Part shown: positions 38,683 through 48,540 of the stretch, one piece after another | Layout of the letters: the number at the start of each line of letters is the position of its first letter | How positions within the stretch are numbered: the first letter of the stretch is position 1 | Origin: Candidatus Poribacteria bacterium | GTDB taxonomy: Bacteria; Poribacteria; WGA-4E; WGA-3G | Direction of reading: 5' to 3' | DNA length: 64,000 bases | Assembly (NCBI GenBank): GCA_965197475.1 | Contig: CBDANF010000003.1 | Span: forward strand, 2,679,223-2,743,222 | Program-made: the position numbers and the translations under genes | Notes under the pieces: generated by a model | The model's database searches: none | The model's input: the letters and a program-made list of their open reading frames with translations, nothing else | Told to the model about the DNA's origin: nothing

Positions 38683-39372
38683 TCAACTTATAAACGATTT
38701 TACTTTACCCACAATTTCAGAAAAGTAGCAGAGCCGCTCATAATACCCCATAACCCGCTTTACATACTCACGAGTCTCTTTATATCCTCTAAAATACCCG
38801 TGCGGTGGCACACCCGACTCCCAAATTTCGGCATGTAAAGCTTTATCCTTTTCAGTAAGTAGACAGAGATTCGCGCTGATGGATTCCCACTGATAGGGTT
38901 CACCTTTGCGGTGTCCCGCAATTTTCTGTGCATCACTGATATGCCCACGTCCACCGTTGTAACTGGCTAAGGCAATACGGACACGATTCGGATGTGAACT
39001 TTCTTGATAGAGATCGTATAAACCGCGAAGGTAACGGGTCGCGCCAGCAATGCTTTCATTAGCCTGAAATGGATCGGTAACACCAAGTTCTTTCGCTGTC
39101 TCAGGCATCAGCTGCATCAATCCCTTTGCTCCTGCAGCACTCTCAGCATGTTTGTTAAATCCCGATTCTTGAACAATCAGGGCAGTAATTAGCCGCCAAT
39201 CCAACTGATGTGTCGCAGCATGTTTTTGAATAACAGGACGGTACTTCAAAATATCAGGCGTAACAATCAGAAGACGCACACCGTTCCAGTCACGGACAAA
39301 TGTGGCAAATCCCACAACCAGTACCGTACAGATGATAATTCTCACAAAAATGCGTCTTGTTATCTTTACCAT
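38683..39372 (-). CDS. Lytic transglycosylase (SLT domain)
   Basis: The 229-aa ORF has an N-terminal TM anchor and the catalytic SLT motif ALIVQESGFNKHAESAAGAKGLMQLMPETA. Confidence 0.85.
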   Translation of the reverse strand: MVKITRRIFVRIIICTVLVVGFATFVRDWNGVRLLIVTPDILKYRPVIQKHAATHQLDWRLITALIVQESGFNKHAESAAGAKGLMQLMPETAKELGVTDPFQANESIAGATRYLRGLYDLYQESSHPNRVRIALASYNGGRGHISDAQKIAGHRKGEPYQWESISANLCLLTEKDKALHAEIWESGVPPHGYFRGYKETREYVKRVMGYYERLCYFSEIVGKVKSFIS

Positions 39373-39591
39373 GTGAGTCCAACCCCACTCTTCTCAAGGT
39401 GCGGCAGGTTCGGTTTCCTAACCGAACCGGGTTATCCAAGTCCATCGCCACGGTTTCTTATTTTGTAACACTGTTCGGAATACACAAGATGAAGGTTTTC
39501 ACTGACTATCTGGAGCGGTTAGGAAACCGCTCCTACCGGCGAGGACATCAAAAGTGTTGAGTTTTCTAAATTAACACCTTATACCTCACTT

Positions 39592-41235
39592 TTAATTTCC
39601 CCAAACATAAGCAAACAGAAAAACAAAACGGTGCTGCTGCTCAGTTTCACCTTCTGCATGATCCAGGTTTTGAATATAACGCCACGCATAGTTGATGGAA
39701 CCTTTCCAAGCAGTTATTGGGCGATATTTCCAACCAACCCGAATTTCAGAAAGCCTTTCAACTACGCCTGAAGGAAACTGAATATTTTGATAGTCCTCAC
39801 CGTAAAAACGATCAGTAATATCCGCCTCCCCGTTTCGTTGATGACTAAAACGAGTCTCAATCACTGCTGAAGGTGTAGCCTGATAAGACACGCGGAACGT
39901 AAATATATCCGCATCCGTGCCAATCGGATGTCCTATCATCGCCCCAAAGTGAGTAAACTGATTATCGGACTCAAGATGCGTATACGCCCATCGATTGACT
40001 CGCACATATTCTGTGTGTATTCCCAGTTGACGTTCTGTCCGGTGTGGATACCACTCCAGACCTATAAGCCATGTGACTGCATGTGGATCAGAGGTCTCTG
40101 GATTATACTGAAAATCATCTGCCACCCACTCTACATAGAGGCGAAGCCCATCAATCGGACGCACTGCCCCATCAAAACTGAACATGATGTTGTCGTCATT
40201 TTTCGCATTGTATTGAACCGCATAATACGGAATAACAGGATTGAGATAGTTCCACGCCACCGATTGCACGTCGCCACCGTAAAGCACCCACTCAGCAGCA
40301 CCGATTTCAAGCCAATCGCTGAATTGATAGTCAAGCCGATGTGCGCTGAGATAACGTTTTGCGAGATAGCGAGTTTCGCCATCGTCATACCACGTCGAAT
40401 TGAGCTGTGCAGAAAATGCTGTGGCTTTGAGTGCCCCTATTTTGCATGGAAAAGTGCCAGTGAGTCGGATAAGTTCAAAGGGCGGTGAGTTGTCCGAAAT
40501 CCCAACAGATTTGTCAGGACTACCACCCCAGAACACAAAATCTCTGCCTATCAAAAGGTCCAATTCAGCGTCTCCAAAAGGCATCAAGTGGTATTGGAGA
40601 TAACTTCTTTTGAAATCAACAACATAGTCACCACGCCATCTTTCAAAACGTTGATCAGCAGATTTCAGAAGCGGCGGCGGATCCGGCAGAAAAAAACTCT
40701 CAATAAAATCGGGACCTTGTTCAAAATTAGAGAATTCTAACTCTGTATATATCGTGAGCCGATTCTTGTTATTTCCGATACCGTAATGAAATCCGCTTTG
40801 AAGTGCAGGCGCGATTTCTTTATTCGTCCCACGAAGTTCTGGCTGTATACGTATATCAGTCTTTTGTTTGGAAACAAGGTGCGAATCCTGTGGGTGTATT
40901 CGTGCTAATTCAGATCGAAATTCACGCTTGAGTTGCTCTAATAATTTTCTGTCTATAGGTGATACAGTGACCGTACCTGTGCTAATCCTTGCTTCAGCGC
41001 GTTGGATAATTTTTGCCACATCATCACGCGAAAGTGGCAAAGAATACCGATGAAAACCACCTGTGATACCTGCTATCTCCAGTTTAGCAAGTGCATCAAT
41101 CACCCAACCGTCAAAGTTAAGCGGTATACTCGGCGCAGCTTGAACTGAAAACAAAATGAGTAGCATCAATAAGAAAATAGCGTAGAGAAGCAACGCGTAA
41201 TTCTTACACACTACGGTAAAATCTTGCGAGTTCAT
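39592..41235 (-). CDS. Outer-membrane beta-barrel protein, capsule-assembly Wzi-like
   Basis: The 547-aa ORF has a signal or TM region. The N-terminal helical motif ([30 protein letters not shown]) resembles Wzi-family proteins, recognised from memory. The remainder is rich in alternating aromatic residues. Confidence 0.5.
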   Translation of the reverse strand: MNSQDFTVVCKNYALLLYAIFLLMLLILFSVQAAPSIPLNFDGWVIDALAKLEIAGITGGFHRYSLPLSRDDVAKIIQRAEARISTGTVTVSPIDRKLLEQLKREFRSELARIHPQDSHLVSKQKTDIRIQPELRGTNKEIAPALQSGFHYGIGNNKNRLTIYTELEFSNFEQGPDFIESFFLPDPPPLLKSADQRFERWRGDYVVDFKRSYLQYHLMPFGDAELDLLIGRDFVFWGGSPDKSVGISDNSPPFELIRLTGTFPCKIGALKATAFSAQLNSTWYDDGETRYLAKRYLSAHRLDYQFSDWLEIGAAEWVLYGGDVQSVAWNYLNPVIPYYAVQYNAKNDDNIMFSFDGAVRPIDGLRLYVEWVADDFQYNPETSDPHAVTWLIGLEWYPHRTERQLGIHTEYVRVNRWAYTHLESDNQFTHFGAMIGHPIGTDADIFTFRVSYQATPSAVIETRFSHQRNGEADITDRFYGEDYQNIQFPSGVVERLSEIRVGWKYRPITAWKGSINYAWRYIQNLDHAEGETEQQHRFVFLFAYVWGN

Positions 41236-43349
41236 TCAGTTTCCAACTCCTCTAACATCTTATCAATTTTACGAAACTGCCAACCCCATCGTGTATTATA
41301 TAAGAATTGTCGTAGGTCAAATCGGTTGTCATCAGGCGAATAGGGTTCGGCGTGGTATGCAGGGGTTAATGTCGTCATCTTATGCCGATTAATAGCGTAG
41401 TAGCGGAAAAACCTTTTGACCTTCTCTGCTACTTCACCGGCAGGTAGATGATTCCATTCCTGAACAAGTTTTTCAAACATACTGACAGGACCACACCGAT
41501 GCACTTTTCGGAGCTGTCCGAAACGACTCAACTCGGTGTATGTCATTCCCATATCTTCTTCATCGGTTTGAGTGTAGGTCTCAGTGATAGGTTCTAATTC
41601 AGCAGTTGGCGGTGCCTCAAGGATAGTGCCGAGGCTTGGATAACCGAGATGCTCCGCTGCCCAGCGCAGAAAACTACGTAGATCCGTTTTGCTGATACTT
41701 CCAATCGGATTGATGTCGGCACTACTACAATCATATTTCGTCAGATAACCACGCAACGCCTCGTCAACATTACCTGTGCCTAAGACAAGAAGCGTGCCGC
41801 GCCTATTACGAACCCACGGCAACGTCTGTGCAAAAAGATAACTGATGACCATCCGCAGACGCGCCTGTATGTTTTGAAGTGCCTGATTCTCTATCGTGCT
41901 TCCGCCTTCGGTCTTGAACTGAGGCGTTTTGCCGGTTATACCAAAAAACAGTTTTCGCAAAGCACCCACAAGGGACTCCATGTTGATATCAAGATGATAG
42001 CTTCCAATTTCACTCGCCAACTGTTTTGCGCGATGCCGTGTTTCACGAGAACTGTTTGCTGTCCCTATGTAGCAAGTATAGAGCAGCTGATTTGCAATAT
42101 ATTGCGCTGCGGGCTGCGGATCACTAAAATCGGTTTTGATTTTTTCTACACATTCGGCACCAAGCAACGTTTCTGCATCACGGATAACGTGCGGCATATC
42201 AGCAAGAATCGCTTTTGCAACGAGTTGACACATAGAACCGACAAGCGTCGCAACAGCACCGCTATCCGAACCGCCCGAAAGCGGAACGAAAAAGCCTGCT
42301 GCTTCGGAACGCCTCAGATAATCCCAAAGCCAACATGCCGGACCAAGCGCAATCTCTTCTTCAGGCGTGTGAATGTTGAGGTCAACCTTCGGAACGGTGA
42401 CAGAACGTTTTTCAACATCTGTCACCTTAAAATCAGCATAAATTTGCGGAATAGAAACCCCATGACTTGCCTGCACTGCTCCACTCATTCTTGAACCGCG
42501 ATAGGATCGCACATCCCGTAAATCAACAGTCGCTGTGACAACTTCAACATCATTGATAGAAAATTGTGAGCCTTGTGTGAGGATGTGTCCGTTTTGCGCT
42601 ATCGTTGCGCAACCATCGAAATAGAGCCTGCCACCATCACAGCCCTGCTGATTCGCATAAAGGTAAACCCCGCCACATTTTTCTGTCGCATTTCGAATCA
42701 GCGATAGACGCGTATCAAGTTTGCGAAGTTCGTGATGTGAACCCGATCCATTGGCAATTATCTCAACGCCGTTATATGCAAGATCAATATGCGGGGAGTG
42801 CGGTGCAAACAACTCTTCACAGGTTTCCGATGCCAAAACTGTATCGTGTGTCACAATGACGGCGCACCCTATCGGCACAGTACGATTCGGTGTGATTTCG
42901 AGGATCTCAGGCGGCACCTGAAAAGGTTCCGTTGTCCATCCTTTTTGCCATGCGGTAAACCAACGTGGCTCCCGATAGTTCCCTTCAGCAGCAAGCACCA
43001 ATTTTGGACGAATTAGAAGAATCTTCCCATCACAGACAAACACGCGGCAGTTGTAACGCACACTTTTGTGCATGACCGGCATCCCAATATCGCACAAGAT
43101 ACCGTTGGTATGCCCACCGATTATGATCCGTGCCAGGGATTCCCAACTATGACGTAACGTATCTTCTTCAAGGAAATGATCTTCACATGAATAACCCGTT
43201 ATCTCAAGTTCAGGACCGAGCCGATAGCGCGCTCCTGTCGCTTTAGCACGTTCAATCGATTCAATGATGCGATCACAATTTCCCTCAAAGTCAAGTGCCC
43301 ACTGATTCAGGTTGCACGTTGCAAGTGTTGTTTTCATATTTTTACACAA
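41232..43349 (-). CDS. nadE: Glutamine-dependent NAD+ synthetase, long (eukaryote-like) form
   Basis: The 705-aa ORF has an N-terminal nitrilase/CN-hydrolase domain ([16 protein letters not shown]...PELEITGY). The C-terminal PP-loop synthetase has SGGSDS. The start is either 43349 or the MKTT Met at 43335-43337. Confidence 0.9.
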   Translation of the reverse strand: MCKNMKTTLATCNLNQWALDFEGNCDRIIESIERAKATGARYRLGPELEITGYSCEDHFLEEDTLRHSWESLARIIIGGHTNGILCDIGMPVMHKSVRYNCRVFVCDGKILLIRPKLVLAAEGNYREPRWFTAWQKGWTTEPFQVPPEILEITPNRTVPIGCAVIVTHDTVLASETCEELFAPHSPHIDLAYNGVEIIANGSGSHHELRKLDTRLSLIRNATEKCGGVYLYANQQGCDGGRLYFDGCATIAQNGHILTQGSQFSINDVEVVTATVDLRDVRSYRGSRMSGAVQASHGVSIPQIYADFKVTDVEKRSVTVPKVDLNIHTPEEEIALGPACWLWDYLRRSEAAGFFVPLSGGSDSGAVATLVGSMCQLVAKAILADMPHVIRDAETLLGAECVEKIKTDFSDPQPAAQYIANQLLYTCYIGTANSSRETRHRAKQLASEIGSYHLDINMESLVGALRKLFFGITGKTPQFKTEGGSTIENQALQNIQARLRMVISYLFAQTLPWVRNRRGTLLVLGTGNVDEALRGYLTKYDCSSADINPIGSISKTDLRSFLRWAAEHLGYPSLGTILEAPPTAELEPITETYTQTDEEDMGMTYTELSRFGQLRKVHRCGPVSMFEKLVQEWNHLPAGEVAEKVKRFFRYYAINRHKMTTLTPAYHAEPYSPDDNRFDLRQFLYNTRWGWQFRKIDKMLEELETE

Positions 43350-43459
43350 TTAGTAGTTTTGCGATTAAACCTTAACAAAAATCCCTTGCTTTTTCTTTTT
43401 TAGCATTTTTATTTGACATTTTGACAATTTTTGTGGTATCATATTTATGTTCAGAGTAA

Positions 43460-43567
43460 AAACCGCTGAACACCTTATGGAGGAGGCGGGAATCGAACCC
43501 GCGAAAAATGAGTGCTAACCCCATATCCAGAACCATCTCTCCCCCATATTTAGGTGTTCAGCGGTTT
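43460..43567 (-). ncRNA. tRNA-like RNA (68-nt core 43478-43545) enclosed by a 15-bp leader/trailer stem
   Basis: The minus-strand core is GGGGGAGAGAUGGUUCUGGAUAUGGGGUUAGCACUCAUUUUUCGCGGGUUCGAUUCCCGCCUCCUCCA.
- T-arm: perfect (GCGGG-UUCGAUU-CCCGC).
- Acceptor stem: 7 bp, with G3:U70.
- Anticodon-like arm: 5-7-5 (loop GUUAGCA), followed by a 5-nt variable loop.
- D-arm: about 4-5 nt too short for a canonical tRNA.
- Flanking stem: AAACCGCUGAACACC (leader) pairs with GGUGUUCAGCGGUUU (trailer), followed by U residues. Confidence 0.45.
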
Positions 43568-43571
43568 CATT

Positions 43572-43600
43572 ATTATAATACATTTTCTGCCTGTTTGCAA
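43572..43600 (-). promoter_or_regulatory. Promoter for the tRNA-like RNA (TTGCAA-17-TATAAT on the minus strand)
   Basis: The reverse complement of 43595-43600 is TTGCAA and that of 43572-43577 is TATAAT, with a 17-nt spacer. The predicted start falls at the first bases of the leader stem. Confidence 0.45.
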
Positions 43601-43831
43601 ATTAACACCCCAAATTTATCTTTAAAAAAAGTGCTATAAATCCTTATGTAGACTACATTTTGGCTTGATTTAATTCTAATTGAGTCAAAAAACAGCCTAA
43701 TTAGACAACAAAATTACCATAAACCCAGTATTCATGCGCTGCGGAATATAGGTTTTATAGTTATCAGTCATCAGCATTCAGCAAAGAGGGCTTCTCTTAA
43801 CTAACTGCTGATTGCTGACCGCCGATGACTA

Positions 43832-45145
43832 TCATGTCTTTTGCGGCTTTTTACGAGCGGCAGGAAACAAGATATTATTTAATATCAACCGATAACCCGG
43901 TGAATGCTTGTGTAGGTCTAAATTCGTAGGAATCTTCCCCTCACCAACGAGGTGACGGTAATCCTCAGGGTCATGTCCACCGAGGAACGTAAAAGTCCCC
44001 TTCCCTAAAGTGCCGTGAATATACTTGGCATAATTCGTCCCTTCAATTTTTGCTAAAATCGTAACAGATGGGTGAATCCTGTCCAAATTAAAAGATGTTG
44101 TCTGTCCAAGATAACCGCGAACCTCCGAAACATGGTTTTGTGTGAGCATTGTCGGAATAGGATCATGTTTAGCAGAAAATTCAAACAGTTGAAAATCCTC
44201 AACACCGGTCTGTGGGCTCCGATCAGGATTCGGATTGTCAACGTCTGAGAACTCATAACGATTCGGGTTCGGGTAAAGCGTGAAATTCTTGAAAGCGAAC
44301 GTTCGTTCAAAATCCAATAAATTTTGGAAATCGGGTGCCATCGGGGTAGCGTCTAAAACAGGGTCAACAATATCAATTGTCCCACCTTTTGCAGCCAAAG
44401 CAATGTCCAAAGTTTCGGGTGCTGAACACATAGCAAATATAAATCCACCCTTTGCCACATAATCGGCGATATCCAATGCGGTTTGACCTTTGTGGCGAGA
44501 GACACTCTTAAATCCTGCTTCTTTTGCTGCACCTTCAAATAACGCCATCCGTTGCTGATACCACACTTGATGTGAAAAAGAGCCATGAAATTTCCCGTGT
44601 TGCCCCGAGAAATCTTCATGATGTAAGTGAAGCCAATCGTAGCCTTCTGTATGCAATGCCCCGCGCTGCACCTCTTTGTCCCAGATTTGGTCATAAGGAA
44701 TTTCCGCATAATCCAGCGCAAGTTTCACTGCATCGTCCCACGGATCACGATATACGGATGCTCCAGGTGGCGCATACACAGCAATTCTTGGGGCTTTTTC
44801 TAATAATATCTCATCCATATTGCTCGTTTCAATGATAGTCTCTTTGATTGTTTGATATTCTACATTGCTCATCGGTTCAAAAGAGACACCCATCTGTGTT
44901 GCCCGTGCTCGCACATCCGCCGCATCGGGAATCACAAATGCACCGCCCCGATAATTCAGCCACCAATAACATTGATATTCACGCGGCACCTCTAATGCCC
45001 AATATGTCAATCCATAAGCTTTCAGATGGTTCGTCTGTTTCTGCTCCATCGGTACAAGCAAATATTGTGCTGAGGCGGTAGACATAATCATTGTAAGGCA
45101 AACTATTATCAGGAAAGAAAGCGCGAACTTGTTTAGTTTATACAT
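43832..45145 (-). CDS. Conserved secreted protein (family often labelled 'asparagine synthetase B' in FCB-group genomes; true function unclear)
   Basis: The 437-aa ORF has a signal peptide. From memory it matches that family through several motifs: PMEQKQTNHLKAYGLTYWAL, WLNYRGGAFVI, WLHLHHEDFSGQHGKF, FAMCSAPETLDIALA, GGHDPEDY and GYRLILNNILFPAA. Confidence 0.5.
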   Translation of the reverse strand: MYKLNKFALSFLIIVCLTMIMSTASAQYLLVPMEQKQTNHLKAYGLTYWALEVPREYQCYWWLNYRGGAFVIPDAADVRARATQMGVSFEPMSNVEYQTIKETIIETSNMDEILLEKAPRIAVYAPPGASVYRDPWDDAVKLALDYAEIPYDQIWDKEVQRGALHTEGYDWLHLHHEDFSGQHGKFHGSFSHQVWYQQRMALFEGAAKEAGFKSVSRHKGQTALDIADYVAKGGFIFAMCSAPETLDIALAAKGGTIDIVDPVLDATPMAPDFQNLLDFERTFAFKNFTLYPNPNRYEFSDVDNPNPDRSPQTGVEDFQLFEFSAKHDPIPTMLTQNHVSEVRGYLGQTTSFNLDRIHPSVTILAKIEGTNYAKYIHGTLGKGTFTFLGGHDPEDYRHLVGEGKIPTNLDLHKHSPGYRLILNNILFPAARKKPQKT

Positions 45146-45311
45146 AGATACACCTCATACCATATCTGTAGCAAAATCAAAAAATTTACCTATCATTTTC
45201 CTCGTAATTTGTGATTTTAAATTTTAATTATTTTAGCATGAGTTCTAAATAAGCATTCAAGCGTAAGGTAGAATACCAAATCAACACACGTTGTAAGCAT
45301 GTTTAGTCTAT

Positions 45312-45462
45312 CGCTCCAGCGGAGCGAAATGTTTATAGAAAAGAGTTAGTTCTTTCTTCCGCTCCAGCGGAGCGGTATGTGGTGTCATTACACATAGCAC
45401 TCCGCTGGAGTGCTATAACTTGGAATCACGTTTTCTATAGACATAGCACTCCGCTGGAGTGC
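45312..45462. repeat. REP family 3 cluster: four GC hairpins (cgctccagcggagcg and its complement)
   Basis: Hairpins lie at 45312-45326, 45359-45375, 45396-45414 and 45446-45462. Two are in each orientation, spaced by ...aaatgtttatagaaaag... Confidence 0.85.
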
Positions 45463-45878
45463 GGAAAAAGATTTGTTACCAATATGAATCGTGTCGGGTA
45501 CCTCTAAATCCTTAAAGTTGAACCCACGTTATCTTGGATTTCGGGTGCTGTATGAAATTAGGCTATGTCTGCGTTTTTTATCTGTATATTCGCCTGTAAA
45601 CTTTATAGCTGCGCCACCGACAAATTCTTTTGATGCCTTATGAATAATATCGCGTGACGGGCTATGAACTTGAACGATACCAGATATAAGCTGAGTTGTA
45701 TTCTCACAAATTTCAGGTTTAACGATAAATAACCATTGGTTTGGATATTTCTCAACATTTCTTTGACCGTTAGCCGCTTATTATCCACTGCAAAACTCAT
45801 AGTTATCTCCTATTATAACCCAAGTTGCTACCTTTTGAAAATCAATCAATTCCCTTATCGTTAGGGTGTTTAATCTTT

Positions 45879-45942
45879 CGCTCCAGCGGAGCGAAATGTT
45901 TATAGAAAAAGTGAGTCCTTATCCTCCGCTCCAGCGGAGCGG
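45879..45942. repeat. REP family 3 cluster (two hairpins)
   Basis: cgctccagcggagcgaaatgtttatagaaaaag...ccgctccagcggagcggtatgt is the same ~65-bp module as 45312-45380. Confidence 0.85.
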
Positions 45943-46088
45943 TATGTCCAGTAACTGTGAGTAGCACTTATCTGAAAATTCTGTGTAGATGACATTTTCA
46001 TGTTATAGGTGGCAACTTGGGTTATTATACAATAAAAATACGCAATTAGTAGTTTTGGACATGATAAAATTTGATAATTTTAGTGTAT

Positions 46089-47114
46089 TTATGACAGTAA
46101 TTCATTTATTGTTATTAATTGGGGATTAAATTTTTCGAAACCCAATGGTGTAAGTTTTAATTTATTCATATATTCATAGTTTATATTTTTGCATATTTCT
46201 ATTAAGTCTTTATCGTCTGAAGCAAAAATATCACAGAATGGCAAGTGTAATATGTATCTTATATCTCTTGTAAAATTTGTGCCTTTAGTTTGTATGATAA
46301 ATTTGCATTTTTCTATATTGAAATACAGAAAATATATATAGTAGCAGAAAAAAGTATAAGGGTATCTTTGGCTTATTTTTATGTTGTTGTTAATTGTTTC
46401 TTTTATCTCTTGTGTTTCTTTTTCTGTTAGTTTTGCGATTGGTGCTATTGCATTAATGCTGTTTGTTGTATTTCTGTTAAAAATAGTTTCTATGTCTATT
46501 ATTAATGCATGAAACATTTTTTGCATTATTTCTTTTTTAAATTTCTTATCATTGTTTTTGATATTGTCCCTAATAAATTTTATCAAATCATTATTTATAT
46601 TTTCATCGCCGTATTTTAATAAGTATTTTTGTAGTTTTTCAATATACCTTTTTTGATTTATGCGTGGGTCTCCTAATTGGCCTATTATTTCAGCAAATTC
46701 AATTATATAATTAGAGGCTTGATTGTTTTCGAAAAACTTTTTTAAAATTTCAAATATCTTTTCTTCTTCTTCAAATTGTTGTTTGGCATACTGGTTCAGG
46801 TTTTTGATTTCACGTTTTAAATCTTCTGTTTCACCTATTTGGGCATAAGTCATTTTCGTTATCGGTATATTTTCTATAATTTCTTTTTTTATTATTTCTG
46901 GTGTTGTATCATAACATACATGGTATTCTAATCTTATTTTTGATTGAATAAATTCATCTATTTTTTCTTTGCCATATTTTATTGATCCTATTAATAATTC
47001 AAAACTCAGTATAGGACTATACCTAATATCATATAACGAATGTAAAAAACTAATTTCTTCTTGTTTTAGTGTTTGTAGCGACGATTTGTCTAATAGTAGT
47101 ATTTGTTTTCTCAT
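46089..47114 (-). CDS. AT-rich hypothetical protein, possible split PIN-like nuclease with a long helical insert
   Basis: I place the start at ATG 47112-47114 (MRKQILLLDKSS...), 4 nt after the MTase stop, rather than the overlapping track start at 47252. The N-terminus ILLLDKSSL...SFELL and C-terminus LHLPFCDIFASDDKDL resemble the first and last acidic PIN motifs, a low-confidence reading. A 60-nt spot count gave about 18% GC. Confidence 0.5.
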   Translation of the reverse strand: MRKQILLLDKSSLQTLKQEEISFLHSLYDIRYSPILSFELLIGSIKYGKEKIDEFIQSKIRLEYHVCYDTTPEIIKKEIIENIPITKMTYAQIGETEDLKREIKNLNQYAKQQFEEEEKIFEILKKFFENNQASNYIIEFAEIIGQLGDPRINQKRYIEKLQKYLLKYGDENINNDLIKFIRDNIKNNDKKFKKEIMQKMFHALIIDIETIFNRNTTNSINAIAPIAKLTEKETQEIKETINNNIKISQRYPYTFFCYYIYFLYFNIEKCKFIIQTKGTNFTRDIRYILHLPFCDIFASDDKDLIEICKNINYEYMNKLKLTPLGFEKFNPQLITINELLS

Positions 47115-47118
47115 GTGA

Positions 47119-48483
47119 TTACAACACTCCTTGCTCTTTAAGTTTAGCAATAAGTTCTGCCTGCGTTCCAGTGCCTTTAGTAGAATTACAAGCCCCACAG
47201 AGAAGTTGCAAGTTATCCTTGTGGTCTGTGCCACCGTGTTTTTGTGGGACAATATGATCTACAGTCAAATTACGGAATGGAAAATGAGTTCGGCAGCCAT
47301 TGCAGACACCTTCCTGTTTACCATAAAGTGTGTGTTTGTGGGTTTGGTAATTAGGCAATTTCTCACTGCGCTTGGGTATATCGGTTCGGTGTGTTACATC
47401 ATAAAACATTCCAAGTTCTTTCTTAAGACGCATTTTGACAAGTTCTACGGCTTTTTCTGATATATCAATACCGATCCACTGACGGTTTAGACGCTCTGCT
47501 GCCACGCAGGTTGTTGCACAACCGCAGAAGGGGTCTAATACCATATCACCTTCTTTTGATGATGCCTTGATTATCCGTTCTAATAATGCTAATGGTTTTT
47601 GTGTGGGGTAGCCTGTTTTTTCGTTTCCTAATACTGGCTGTATATCTGTCCATAAATTATTTGCTGGCATTCCTTCCTTTAAACGGTGTTTACGATATAC
47701 TTTTCCGTTGGCAAAATCAAGTTCACCTTCTTCATCTAATTTTTGTAGTGTTGATTTTTTTACAGTCCATCCGCTTGGGTTTGGCGGATAAAATCCTTTA
47801 TATTCATAGCAAAGATTTGGACGCTCTCCTAATCCAGGAGGTCTGAATGGATTTCGTCTTTCATATTTTCCTTTTTCATCTTTAAATTTGAATTTTTTTA
47901 GATATTCTTCACTGAATGGAATAAGGTCTGAATTTATATCAAATTTACTATTATGATATGCGTAATATAGAATTTGGTCTGTTGACGTGCCGTATGATTT
48001 TTCTTTATACTGTGTTGTTTTACCTGCTCCCTGTATGCGTTGCCAAACAATTTCATTTCTAAAGTTTTCTTTACCAAAAACACTATCCATAAGAATTTTT
48101 AGATAGTGACTTGCTGTTGGATCACAATGAAGGTATATACTTCCTGTATCTTTCAAAACACGTTTCATCTCAAGCAGGCGGATTGACATCATTATTAGAT
48201 ATGATTTCATTCCCTTTCCGTGTGTTATTTCTGATGTCTGTATTGCCTGATATAAAGCGGGTTCACGGTCTGCGATTTCGCCGTGCCAAGCATTGTCAAC
48301 GTCTGATAGTGTCCACGTATCCTTAAACGCTGCACCAGCAGCTTCACTGCCAATTGGAGCTGCGTAATTTCGGTTGGAATTGAAAGGTGGATCAAGGTAT
48401 ATTAGATCTGCGGACTGGGTGTCCAAACCACGCAATATATGTAAATTATCATTACTAAAGATTGTACGATTATTAACATTCAT
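47119..48483 (-). CDS. DNA methyltransferase (beta-class N6A/N4C, PF01555-like) fused to a C-terminal HNH nuclease motif
   Basis: The 454-aa ORF has motif IV LIYLDPPFNSNRNY near the N-terminus and motif I VLDPFCGCATTCVAAE later. The C-terminus CNGCRTHF..LTVDHIVPQKHGGTDHKDNLQLLCGACNSTKG is a complete CxxC..H..N..H..CxxC HNH finger. Confidence 0.85.
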   Translation of the reverse strand: MNVNNRTIFSNDNLHILRGLDTQSADLIYLDPPFNSNRNYAAPIGSEAAGAAFKDTWTLSDVDNAWHGEIADREPALYQAIQTSEITHGKGMKSYLIMMSIRLLEMKRVLKDTGSIYLHCDPTASHYLKILMDSVFGKENFRNEIVWQRIQGAGKTTQYKEKSYGTSTDQILYYAYHNSKFDINSDLIPFSEEYLKKFKFKDEKGKYERRNPFRPPGLGERPNLCYEYKGFYPPNPSGWTVKKSTLQKLDEEGELDFANGKVYRKHRLKEGMPANNLWTDIQPVLGNEKTGYPTQKPLALLERIIKASSKEGDMVLDPFCGCATTCVAAERLNRQWIGIDISEKAVELVKMRLKKELGMFYDVTHRTDIPKRSEKLPNYQTHKHTLYGKQEGVCNGCRTHFPFRNLTVDHIVPQKHGGTDHKDNLQLLCGACNSTKGTGTQAELIAKLKEQGVL

Positions 48484-48540
48484 TTATTATTTCCTGATAA
48501 GAAATTTCCAAAACATAACGGACATAACAATAGCCACACC

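Noticed and set aside
43478-43545. Canonical tRNA gene (tRNA-Leu-UAG or tRNA-Ala)
   Set aside because: The acceptor, anticodon-like, variable and T regions fit, but the D-arm region is about 5 nt short. Position 37 is C. The G3:U70 pair conflicts with a Leu anticodon, and there is no long variable arm. I therefore report it only as tRNA-like.
45603-45800. 65-aa ORF between the two REP family 3 clusters as a functional gene
   Set aside because: After about 26 residues the more protein-like translation (KPEICENTTQLISGIVQVHSPSRDIIHKASKEFVGGAAIKFTGEY...) continues in another frame. It looks like a frameshifted remnant, and I could not assign a family.
47115-47252. The long form of ORF 46089..47252, overlapping the methyltransferase by 134 nt
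   Set aside because: The extension lies inside the MTase C-terminal HNH coding region in another frame. An ATG at 47112-47114, 4 nt after the MTase stop, gives a more parsimonious start.
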